A DNA stretch of 64,000 nt from Histomonas meleagridis 2922-C6/04-290x (taxonomy: Eukaryota > Protista > Parabasalia), in contig JAANOX010000021.1 in the NCBI GenBank assembly GCA_020184695.1, positions 1 through 64,000 of the forward strand, given 5' to 3'. The notes under the pieces are model-generated. The model was not told the DNA's origin. It was given only the letters and a program-made list of their open reading frames with translations, and searched no databases. Made by a program: the position numbers and the translations under genes. Below are positions 9,951-20,603 of this stretch, piece by piece. The stretch's first letter is position 1. Every line of letters begins with the position of its first letter.

Positions 9951-12057
9951 AAAAAGTGATTACTGGGATGATATTATAATCAATTTCTTGAATATATATA
10001 TATGTTCAATACACGTCCGTCAGAATATATTATATTGAAAACAGTAGCCATACTCTCAAAAAGTGATCATGATATGAAAAAGTGAAATGGTTGCACCAGA
10101 GAGTTGCCATAAAAACATTACAATCCTTGGTTTTCTGTTGTTTATTTTTTTTATCTGGCTTTTTGAATGTTTTTTTATCGTTGATCAAACTTTTTGTAAA
10201 TTCGGATTTTTGAATTTTTGGGTTGAGACTGTACAGTTGCTCAACTTGGCTAAAAAAAATTATGACAAATGTTGGCTAAAATCACAAAAATTAAACGATG
10301 AATGAAAGAGATGTGAATTATAAAGTGATACTTAAAATATGATAAATCAAAAACTATCTTTTGACCTAAGGTCTTGGCCTGATATTGTAGTGCCAATAAT
10401 CCTCTCTTCAATTTCCTCATAAGTAACAGGAAGTGCCATTGGTGGCATGAAACGAATAAAAAAATTAATTCTAAGACAATATTTAATAATTTTTGGACAA
10501 CCTTAAAACCCCTTTCGGTACTCTCCGAGCAAAAGGGAGAATTTGAATACCTTGCTCTCAAAAAGTGGTAATACCTCTCAATTATGTGATTTTTTGAATA
10601 CCATTGAAAAATTTTTATTTTCAAATTATTTTTGTGGGAAAATATTCCTTCTCAAATTTGATTTCTATGTTTTACATTTTTTGTCATGAAATTATCTAAA
10701 AATTTATAAAATGTCATTCAATGAGATATTACATTCATCCTTTTCCATTATTTATAAAATTTTTTAAAATACCATCAAAAATTAGCCTAATATATTATAG
10801 ATATTTCAATTTAAGAATAAACTTTTCCACACATATAAAAGGCACTTATTCAACTTAAAAATTAGATGAAAATAACAATTTTTACAAAATGAATAATTTT
10901 TCAATTATCTCTACATTTCATCTTTATTTGATATCATATCTTGCTGTATTGTTTAAATTTTGTTTTATTTAAATTTTTTGTTGTAAATTTCGAAATTTTG
11001 AAAATTTAATTTTACAAAAAAATTGTTATGAATGAATCCTATAACATGGTAAACCTTAGTATTATATATACACTTTGATTTCATTAATTTTATACATAAA
11101 TTTGATGTAAAAAAAAATATCAATTATTAAAAATCAAAGAAATTCATAAATATAGATGATTAATAAACTTGATATGGGTTGGAACCTTTAATAAAATATT
11201 ATTAAAGAAATTAAAAATGATATTTTTTCAAGATAATGCAAATTAAATAAATATTTTATTTTCTAATATTAGCCAAATTTCTCAGGTTTATAGATGAAGG
11301 TAAAAATATATTAGAAAAATCTTTAAATCAAAAATCTTAGTATTTTGAAAAAAAATAAAAAAATTCTCCGAAAAATGATGTTAATTCAATTATTGAATAA
11401 TAATTCAAAATTTATACAGAAAATTCGGCGTTAAAAGCTATTTTTTCAGAACCTTATTTCATTCAAAAAGTGGTAATTTAAAAAATGAAGATTTTTTTGT
11501 TGAAGAGTTATATATTAAATATTATAAATATTTTGGATGCAAAGAATAGTGAAAAGCGATATATAATTTTGAGTGAATGTCAGAATTATTATCGAAACAT
11601 AAATTAAAACAAGCACAGAAATGTGACATTAATGTTTCCAAAAAATTAAAACAATTTTATTAAAAAAAAGAAAATCTATTTCAAATTTACCCAAAATTAC
11701 TGAAATTTCACATATTATCAAATGGAAGTAAAATATATTCTTCATAAGAAATTAATATTCATAAACGATTCCCTAAAGTTGAGTTAAAGATTAAAACATA
11801 TGTTACTAATCCTAGTAAAGAAGAATATTTAATTACTATTGCATCTATTAAATATTTAGGAGTTAACGATTCATTTTTATATAAAATTGAAGATAACGAA
11901 GAAAACGTAAAACGGAAGAAATTTATATTATCCAAAACTTAAGAAACTTCCGATTATAGTTATTGAAAATGAAGAAACATGAAAACGATTTTCGATTAAA
12001 GAATTTAATTTAATTCAAGCACAATTATTTTATTAAGCATATCATAATAAAAATATA

Positions 12058-13330
12058 GGGGGTGGAAAAAGTCTTTGCGCGAGCTTTTTTTTATGTAATG
12101 AAGTTATTTAATAAGAAATTGAAATATATTATTAAATAGTACATGTTCTAAATGAATTATCTTTTAAAATAAAACTAAGGCATTTTATTTACTAGTTCAA
12201 AATTCATACAACAAAAGTGGATTGTCAGAAAAAACGTTAAACATTTTCAATGAATGAAACTCAGGTTGAAATCCGCGCAGTTATCAACTTCCTTTGGAAG
12301 AAAGGATTAGATAATTCTATCATATATAGTGAGTTGCTTGATGTATATAAAAATGATGCACCCGCATTAAGAACTATTCAAGATAGAACAAAAAAGTTAC
12401 GAGAAGGAACATGTACGATTTTTGATCTTCCCAGAAAAGGAAGACCAGAAAGAACCGATTTAGAGCCAAAAATCAGAAATTTTTTAACGTCAAACCCTTA
12501 TGCAAGTACCAAAAAAATTGCTAAAATTACAAATGCTGATATAAAAACTGTGAAAAATATTTTAATAAACAAATTACAAATGAGGAAGGTAAATTTCAAA
12601 TGGGTACCACATTTACTTACTGAAGAAATTAAGGCAAAAAGGGTGCATATTGCAAAGGAATTATTAGAATTTTTAACAACTGCAAACGAGCGAAAGATAA
12701 GGATGATTCTTACACAAGATGAAACATGGGTATACTTTGTAAACCCTAGAAATACAATGTGGTTAGAATCGGGGCAGCCTTGTCCGCAAAAAGTCAAACA
12801 AACTATTGGAGCGAAAAAAGCAATGATATCTGTTATTTGGGGAATAACAGGTATTAAATCAATTACAATGCTTCCGCTCGATAGAAAATTTAATAGGGAG
12901 TTTTTTGCGGAAGTTGTTCTTGAAGATTTAGCTCAAAAATCAAAACAAAAGGATACTTTTTTTACATTTAGATAATGCAAGACCACATTTGGTTGCTCAA
13001 AAAATTCAATGATTTAGGCATAAAAAGACTTGATCATCCTCCGTACTCACCGGATCTAGCTCCTTCGGACTCTCTCTTTGGGTATGTTAAAAAAAGTTAC
13101 TAGAAGGATGTGAATTTCAGGATGAAAATGAACTTTTTGGAAAAAAAGTGACTGAATTGCTATACAATATACCAAAAGATATATTTAAATCCGTGTATAA
13201 TGAATGGATGAACCGACTTTTCATGGTAATTTAAAACCAAGGGGAGTACATTAATTAGCAATAATTAAAAAAATATTTACTTAATTATTTTGAATAAAAA
13301 AATTCGCACGCAAAGACTTTTTCCACCCCC
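12058..13330 (+). mobile_element. Mariner (DD34D-type) transposon, 1273 bp
   Basis: 22-bp perfect TIRs gggggtggaaaaagtctttgcg (12058-12079, 13309-13330), flanked by TA (in fact TATA) on both sides. Confidence 0.95.
12250..13258 (+). pseudogene. Mariner transposase, frameshifted after ~codon 238
   Basis: HTH N-terminus, WVPHLL, TQDETW, then in shifted frames HLDNARPH and HPPYSPDLAPSD. Confidence 0.92.
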
Positions 13331-14328
13331 TATATTATTATGTTCTTCAAATAAAACGGGGCATATTATTGTTAGAGAAATAGCTATTTGTAAAGAATTA
13401 GAAAGTGATATAACAAAAATTATATATATTTTATCATTTCAAGATATGTATAAAGAATACAGATATATTGGATTTTGAGAAACGTTATTCTAATTTAGCT
13501 AATGAACTTGAAAGAAATTATGAACAATTTCGTATTATATTTAGTACTGTTAAGAAATGGGATTCATTTTCATATTATTTAACGAGTAAAAATATTAAAA
13601 TTAATATATCATTAATAATCATTGATGAACTTGAAATAATTGGAAGTGAGAATGAACATATTTCTGAAAATATTATCTATCGAATTCAAAAGATGATAAA
13701 TAATAAAATATGAATCATTGGATTATCTATACCATCAAGTAATCCGATTGATATTGGACAATAATTGAGAATATCTAAACGAAATATATATAAATTTGAT
13801 AACCCTACGAGAACTATTCCATTAATGGTATTTATTCAAGGATTTCCAGGTCTTCAATATTATTCACATATGACAGCGATGAATAAACCACTTATTGATC
13901 TATCTTACAATATTCCGAAAGTAAATCGACACTTATATTTGTGTTCCATCTAAGAAAAAGTTATAATTACTGTGATTGATTTAATCGCATCACAACACAA
14001 CTATATTAAAATTTATAAAGACGAGTGACGAATTAAATAAAATCTTGAAAGAAATTTAAAACAAGAAATTATCATATTTCTTAACATTTGGGATTGATAA
14101 TTGTCATAAAGATTTACCTAAGAAATACAAAAAGATTATTAAAGAATTATTTAAAACGGAAAAATAAATTTATTTAAAATGTACATCTAATTATTCATAT
14201 ACATTATATATTTTGTCTGTCAAAATATATATATTAAATGCGAGCACCGAAGGTGCGAGCGGTTTCGATCGTACCCTCCTTCCATAATGTTGGACTAAAA
14301 TAAAACAATTTTTTTTAATGATTTTTTA

Positions 14329-14830
14329 TTAAATTAAGGTGGATATTATTGTTCCAGCATCTTTTCGTTCCATTTTGGTGTATTCCATAAATATCGTGTA
14401 TCGCCATCTTCCATGGCGTCGAATTACATTATCTTGGATGAACAGTTTTGGGGCAGCATTCGCTCCGCCTTTCCTAAGGGAATGGGAAGAATATTCATTG
14501 TGTTCTTTAATTCCAATATTCATCATTATACTTTTGATTTTTCTCGAGAATGTTTTATTAGAAAATTTAAAAACCTTTACATTTTGGTCGAATTGTTTGA
14601 GCAGAAAATAGAAGTTGAACCCAATTAAACGGATTATGCTGTTGCTTGATAGGGTCACCCTTTATTATGAAACACATAGTACCACATGACAATGGATCAT
14701 TTTTTGATCGTTTAATATTTAAAGAAATTCCATCTTCTTCAATTTTAATGTCTTTAAACTCAAGATTTGATAATTCGGAAAATCTTAGAAAACCAAAAAA
14801 TGAAATCAAATATATAGATTAGAATAACAC
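14329..14830 (-). pseudogene. Tyrosine recombinase catalytic domain (DIRS/Crypton/PLV-like), frameshifted and 5'-truncated
   Basis: FFGFLRFSEL (Arg-I), KRSKND (Lys), SSHSLRKGGA (His-x-x-Arg), RRHGRW, FMEY (Tyr). Confidence 0.85.
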
Positions 14831-14895
14831 CTCCGTTACCACTTTTTATTGGTGTTACACATTTGAAGACAGGGAGAAAAATTAAAAAAAAATCT

Positions 14896-14967
14896 TTCCG
14901 ATACGGGGAGTCGAACCCCGCTCCCGTGGATGAAAACCACATATCCTAACCGATGAACGATATCGGA
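14896..14967 (-). tRNA. tRNA-Glu (anticodon TTC)
   Basis: 72 nt TCCGATA...TATCGGA-A acceptor stem, D arm with GGTTAGGA, anticodon loop TTTTCAT, T arm GGTTCGACTCC; T-run Pol III terminator at ~14883-14892. Confidence 0.95.
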
Positions 14968-15182
14968 ATTCAATTTTAAAAATTTTAATAATTTGTAATA
15001 TATTAGTATACTACACAAAATTTAACCTCAACCGCTTCACAACACTTATAAAGAATTAATGCATTGGTTTGATGATGCTATAAAACAACTCTACCCTTCT
15101 GCAATTTCACAGATTAAATACACGGTAGTTTTAAACATTTCAAATTAAATTTTTTTAGTCAATAGGGACCTTTTTCATGAAT

Positions 15183-15923
15183 TTATTGCTGGCTTGAAAT
15201 TTTATCCAGAAGGGCCATACAAAGATCTGTGCTTGTTTTCGTAGCAACTTCCAAAAGGTTTTCAAAGTCAACTGTGTTATCCTTTTTTTCAATAGCGATG
15301 TCACTAAAAGATCTTATTGACAAGACAGGCTTATTAAATTTAGTACATATTTGGGCAATTGAAGTTCCCTCCATTTCAACGCATGCGACATCGCTGAACA
15401 ATTCTTTGATTTTTTGAACTTGCTCATCAGTTCTTATAAACGAATCAGATGAACCCAAAAGCCCGTAATGAACTTTCGTTGGAATCTTTGATTCACTTTC
15501 TAATTCTTTTATCATTTGAATTAATTCTTTTGATACATTATTATATCTTGGTTGATCATAAGGAACTTGACCAGGAAGAAATCCAAAATTTGTTGCATCC
15601 ACATCCGTGTAAATAAATTCTTCTGCAATGAACAAATCAAGAAGTTTTTGTCCTTCTTTAAATCCACCTGCAACTCCTACATTAATAATAATATCCGGGT
15701 CGTATTTCATAATCATTACAGTTGTTGTAAGTGCTGAATTAACTTTTCCAACTCCGCTTAATGTAATGATCAGTTCCAAATTTGAATATTGAACAATATA
15801 AAATTTTTTTCCATATATTTCTTCTACTTTTGTTTGTTCTTTTGTGAACCTTTTGACAAGCTCGTCTAACTCATAAGTCATGGCTTCAATAAAACCTATT
15901 CTCTTTGCAATCATTTTATTCAT
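15183..15923 (-). CDS. mtnN: Bacterial-type 5'-methylthioadenosine/S-adenosylhomocysteine nucleosidase
   Basis: AMxxE (catalytic Glu), SGVGKVNSA, INVGVAGG, CVEMEG and RSFSD all retained; 246 aa, intact. Confidence 0.92.
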   Translation of the reverse strand: MNKMIAKRIGFIEAMTYELDELVKRFTKEQTKVEEIYGKKFYIVQYSNLELIITLSGVGKVNSALTTTVMIMKYDPDIIINVGVAGGFKEGQKLLDLFIAEEFIYTDVDATNFGFLPGQVPYDQPRYNNVSKELIQMIKELESESKIPTKVHYGLLGSSDSFIRTDEQVQKIKELFSDVACVEMEGTSIAQICTKFNKPVLSIRSFSDIAIEKKDNTVDFENLLEVATKTSTDLCMALLDKISSQQ

Positions 15924-16182
15924 TTATCGACCGAGGGTGCCCCAATTTTACGATTTAAGAATTTTTAAACGTACAATGATTTTTTATTTTGAAATTTTAT
16001 GGAGGACTAATTAAATTTATTAAATTTCGAATGATGAATATTGTGCCTTTGGTTTTTGCTGTTAGATGATACTAATGATTTTTTTATAACTATTTATCCT
16101 TTCATTAAACATCTTGCACAAAATAAATTCAATCGAATATGATCGATATGTTTCAATAGTTTACAGAAGGAACAAACCGAAT

Positions 16183-17376
16183 ATGAGCGAAAGGTGTCGA
16201 AAACGAAAACCTGTTGCTTATTATGATTCATCAAGTGATGAAAGTTTTGAAGATACTGACGATAGTGATTTTGAAGACTCGGAAGAATTAGAATCTTATA
16301 GTAAAAGATCAAATTCTAAGAAAAAACAGGAAAAGCGAACTCGACGCAAAGAAAGGTCCACAAAATTATACAATAAAAAGAAAAATAAAAGGAAGACTCC
16401 TTTTGTTGGAAGCCTTTCCATTGATGTTAATCCCAAATCTTTTAATGATTATTCTTCCAATGATTTAAATCATGATCCTGCAGGTAATCCATGTCGTTTT
16501 GTTCCATACAGCAAGATTAAAGATAACATTCTTAATCCTGAGAAGTATATGAAACCTGGTGAAAAAGGTGTTCTTACATTTATTCCAAATTGGAATCCCA
16601 ACAACTCCGACCATCTCTCACAATTCGGTTACAAACAAGAACTTGCTAAAACAGATCATACATATCTCACCCAATTAACACTTAGGCAACTTGAAGACCT
16701 CCTCGAAAAAACCGAGCAAGAAATTCAAAGTCTTCCTCTTCCAAAAGAAAACACCACGGTTGCCATTCCAGGCTTTTCCACTACCCTCGAAGACTCAATC
16801 GCCATTAACGCAGACGTTCGCGACTTTGATTGGGCCGAACTTGGCAGACACCAAAAGTTTGATGTCATCACAATGGACCCACCCTGGCCCATTGCCACCT
16901 CCAATGTTACTCGCGGTGTTAATATTCCATATGAACAACTTGACGCAAGTATTATTGCGCAAATGCCTCTTCATTATGTACAGGATCGAGGCTATTTGTT
17001 CATGTGGGTCATTGCATCGCAACTAACGAATGGTGTTACGATGCTTAAACATTGGGGATATCAAGTTGTTGGACATATTAATTGGGTAAAGATATCAAAG
17101 TATGGAAGATATATGCCATCGCATGGTTATTATTTTCAACATAATAAGGAAACTTTGCTGATCGGCCTGAAAGGTGAACCACCAAGCGAAATGAATCGCG
17201 ATAAGTTCCAAAGTTTGCTGGTGAATCAAAGAGGAATTAGACAAAGTCAGAAACCCGATTCGTTGTATGAAATGATCGAAGAAATATTCCCGGGACTAAT
17301 GTACCTCGAAGTGTTCGCAAGACCTCATAACCTGAGAAATGGTTGGGTGTCAATAGGAATAGAATTACCGACGTAA
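16183..17376 (+). CDS. MT-A70 family N6-adenine methyltransferase, AMT1/MTA1-type
   Basis: FDVITMDPPW, TRGVNIPYEQL, NWVK, HGYYFQHNKETLLIGLKG, QSQKP, YLEVFARPHNL..WVSIG.EL. First ATG at 16183 (the ORF track starts at a TTG); acidic/basic NLS-like N-terminus. Confidence 0.9.
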   Translation: MSERCRKRKPVAYYDSSSDESFEDTDDSDFEDSEELESYSKRSNSKKKQEKRTRRKERSTKLYNKKKNKRKTPFVGSLSIDVNPKSFNDYSSNDLNHDPAGNPCRFVPYSKIKDNILNPEKYMKPGEKGVLTFIPNWNPNNSDHLSQFGYKQELAKTDHTYLTQLTLRQLEDLLEKTEQEIQSLPLPKENTTVAIPGFSTTLEDSIAINADVRDFDWAELGRHQKFDVITMDPPWPIATSNVTRGVNIPYEQLDASIIAQMPLHYVQDRGYLFMWVIASQLTNGVTMLKHWGYQVVGHINWVKISKYGRYMPSHGYYFQHNKETLLIGLKGEPPSEMNRDKFQSLLVNQRGIRQSQKPDSLYEMIEEIFPGLMYLEVFARPHNLRNGWVSIGIELPT

Positions 17377-17932
17377 AAATATAAAGTGAAATTGAATTGA
17401 TTTTTTTGAGAATGTGCGAAAAGGAATATGTAAATGTTTGATGATTTAAGTGATGTTTTTCTTTGGTTCTGATCCTGAATTTACTTTGCAAGGCATTTTT
17501 TTTTTTTTTTTCAGATTTCGATGATTCTAAAACCAAAAAAGCTTAAAATTTTTACATTAATAATTTTAAATTTGTATTATATTGATATTCTATTGATTGC
17601 TGAAAGTTTCAAAAAATGCATATTAAGGGTGTTGTTTCTTTGATGATTCTTTAATGATTCAGGATTCATGGCAGAACAAAATCTCTAATTTTTTACACAT
17701 ATATATTTTTACACTAAGCAATTTAAAATTTCACGAATGTTATAAATATTTTATAAATATTATATCCTTTTTAATCATATGACACATTTATACGTCACTA
17801 TCAGATTAATCCTTTAGTGAAAAAAAGTTTTGAATAATATATTATGCTTCAATGTGGACTTACTTTAATCAAACTTCAAGAGGAAAGACGATAACTTCTT
17901 TTCAATCGTCACCTTTACAGGGTGCCCTGCTT

Positions 17933-20221
17933 ATGGATTGGCTGGTACGTTGTCTAGAGACAGCATATGATCCATCAAATGCAGAATGTTTACAAGCTCA
18001 AAATTCCCTTATTAACGCTATAAAAGAAAAGCCTACTGAGATTTTATTAACATTGGTAAATTTATTAAAATCTTCAGAAATCCCAGAAAAAATTTGCATT
18101 ATCACATTAATTACCTCGAGGTATATTTTTCCATCAGATAAAATAACTCCATCACATAATTATTTAAATAATTTTCCAAATGATTTATTATTACAATATT
18201 TTCAAGTTTTAATCCTTTTATTATCACACCACTCACAAGACATTTGTTTTCACTCTTCTATAACACTGGGTAATTTTTTGGTTGTAGTATTATTTTTTGA
18301 TTCAAATTCACAACTTTTACAAATCATTTCGCAGCGTCTGCAAGAAACTCCAAACGAGTGGGTCCTTAATAGTATAGAATACTTAGTATCGCAATTATCT
18401 CTTAGTGATTCTCAATTATTAATTCTTTTGCCACCAATTTTCCAATTATTTTATTCTAACTCATTTCCAACGAAAATATTTGATATTTTTTATCATACAA
18501 TCAAACAATTTATTCATATTATTGATATGCAACAATTTTATATTACACTAAAACAATATACATTAATCAATTTAGATTTTTCGATACTTTCTTTTAAGTT
18601 ATGGTATAAAATATCGAATGTTTCAATTGATTTTATGAAGGTTGTTCCTGATTTAATGAACATTTCTTTAACATTGTTTAACACTGTGCAAAACGAAAAC
18701 TTAAAATTAATAATTATAAAATTTTGGATAAATATTTGTTATTATCAAACGCCCGAAATATTAAACGAAAATTATTCACAAATGATACAATCGTCAATAT
18801 CTTCAATTAGAATGGATGGAAATGATGAAGAAGAAAATGAAATAACAATTGCTGTTAAATCTCTTTTTTCTATTTTCATTGAAATGTATCCGAATGAAAT
18901 TATTTCATTTCTACTAAATTTCATTGAAAAAAATTTAAAAAATGAAAATGAAAATATTCGATTTATCGTTTTTTCTTGTGTTGAAATTTTGATTTCGTTA
19001 GGTATTTCTTTTGAGATTAATATAAATGAGATAATTTCATATCTTTTAAATCATAATAATTCATCATTTCAAATAATTGGATTAAAAATAATAATAATTT
19101 TAAGTAATCAATTTGATTTTTCTTGTTATTTAAATCAATGTTTAAATTTTTTGTTTTCTGAAAATAAAAATCTTTTAATTAATTCCGCATCTGCAATATC
19201 ACAAATATTAAATCCGAATTCAATTAATATTTTATTTGATATTGCATTACAAATTGAAAATCCGCATAATTTATCTGTTATTATTGATTTAATTTCAACA
19301 ATATATAATAAAACAGATGTTATTATTAATGAAATATATCAAAATGTTTTAGTTCTTTCGAAAATAAAACAAACGAATCATCAAAATGATGAATCTTTTG
19401 CTTCAATTTGTTATTTATTTAGTTCGATTATTGAAAAAAACAAATTTATTCCCGAAAATTTAATTCCTGAAATTTATACTTTTTTCATTGTGTTACAATC
19501 AACAGATAATTCCAATGTTGCACTTAAAGCAATCGGTAAAATGCATTTAATATTAAAAGAAAAACTAGAAATAATGAAAAGCCAAACATTAACTTTAATA
19601 AAAAATAAAATCGTTGCGAATAATTCTTTTGAAGATTATCAATCCGCGTTAATTACTTTAATATATTTAATGGTTTCTTGTAATATCTCTGATTGTATAT
19701 TAATGTTTGTTCCTTTGTTTTTTGAGTCACTAAATGATTTTAATACGCCAAGAGAAATACAACTTTTAATAATTCGATTTTTTTCTTTTGCAGTAAAAAT
19801 ATATATAAATGAAATTCATCAATTTTTGCCGCAAATTTTATTAGTTATAAGTTCTGTTGCTTTACAATTGGATGATATGAATAACGAAGATGATGAATCT
19901 GCTTTCGATTTTGCGAATGCATTACTTTCTTTAGTAATTGGTTTGTTGAATTTTGAGTTTTTGTCTTTTTGGGATAATGTGCAAAATCCTTTAACAAAAG
20001 TTTTGGCTTTTCTTGCTTCTAATCAAAATACAAAAATCAAAACAAAATATCAAATAGTTCATTGTATACTTATGATATCAGATCATAACGTTGAATGGAC
20101 AAAATTCTGTGGAAGTATCCCAGGAATAAAAGAAATATTTGATGAGTTTGTGGAAGAAGGTGGAAAAGCTAAAGAATTAATTGAAAAAATATTTAATAAC
20201 ATTAATAATTCAAATGTTTAA
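17933..20221 (+). CDS. HEAT-repeat protein, importin-beta-like
   Basis: Long helical ORF; N-terminus (DP...QAQNSL) resembles IBN_N. Alternative start at 17852. Confidence 0.6.
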   Translation: MDWLVRCLETAYDPSNAECLQAQNSLINAIKEKPTEILLTLVNLLKSSEIPEKICIITLITSRYIFPSDKITPSHNYLNNFPNDLLLQYFQVLILLLSHHSQDICFHSSITLGNFLVVVLFFDSNSQLLQIISQRLQETPNEWVLNSIEYLVSQLSLSDSQLLILLPPIFQLFYSNSFPTKIFDIFYHTIKQFIHIIDMQQFYITLKQYTLINLDFSILSFKLWYKISNVSIDFMKVVPDLMNISLTLFNTVQNENLKLIIIKFWINICYYQTPEILNENYSQMIQSSISSIRMDGNDEEENEITIAVKSLFSIFIEMYPNEIISFLLNFIEKNLKNENENIRFIVFSCVEILISLGISFEININEIISYLLNHNNSSFQIIGLKIIIILSNQFDFSCYLNQCLNFLFSENKNLLINSASAISQILNPNSINILFDIALQIENPHNLSVIIDLISTIYNKTDVIINEIYQNVLVLSKIKQTNHQNDESFASICYLFSSIIEKNKFIPENLIPEIYTFFIVLQSTDNSNVALKAIGKMHLILKEKLEIMKSQTLTLIKNKIVANNSFEDYQSALITLIYLMVSCNISDCILMFVPLFFESLNDFNTPREIQLLIIRFFSFAVKIYINEIHQFLPQILLVISSVALQLDDMNNEDDESAFDFANALLSLVIGLLNFEFLSFWDNVQNPLTKVLAFLASNQNTKIKTKYQIVHCILMISDHNVEWTKFCGSIPGIKEIFDEFVEEGGKAKELIEKIFNNINNSNV

Positions 20222-20603
20222 TAATTATTTAATAAATATTGTATATAATTAAATAATTTTTTTTTTTTTTTTCATTTTTATAAAAATAAGTTTATTCTAT
20301 TTTAATGTTATTAAATATTTTTATCAAATAATCTCGAAAATAATATTTAATATATTATTTAAAAATTCATGACAATTATAAGATAATAAAAAATGCATTT
20401 TCTATCTAGTTATAACATAAACATTAATTTATACTATGATATTAAAATGCTGGAAAAAATCTTACATTAGAAAGAACACCCAAAAAAATAACGTCTTTTA
20501 TTCACTTCACTTTCAACACAAATCGGCAGTTTAAACATTGTGTTGAAACAGTTCAGTTTTTAATAAAACCGACAAAAAATTGAATGAAATATTTCTCCCA
20601 AAA

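Larger units (their letters stand above)
11250..14000 (+). pseudogene. ASCC3/Slh1-like Ski2 helicase pseudogene (Sec63 domain plus second helicase cassette), interrupted by mariner
   Basis: RFPKVELKIK and FLYKIEDNEEN (Sec63-like); FNLIQAQLFY*AYHNKNI|LLCSSNKTG (degenerate Q motif/Walker A); VKKWDSF; ISLIIIDELEIIG; IIGLS; FIQGFPGLQYYSHMTAMNKP. Confidence 0.75.

Noticed and set aside
10250-10624. 124-aa minus-strand ORF as a gene
   Set aside because: Non-ATG start and no motif; a neighbouring frame looks equally coding-like, so it is probably a decayed fragment.
14329-14967. att-site duplication of the tRNA 3' end bounding an island
   Set aside because: I found no second copy of the tRNA 3' sequence by eye.
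15040-15130. Possible box C/D snoRNA (TGATGA at ~15071)
   Set aside because: No box D (CTGA) or terminal stem found.
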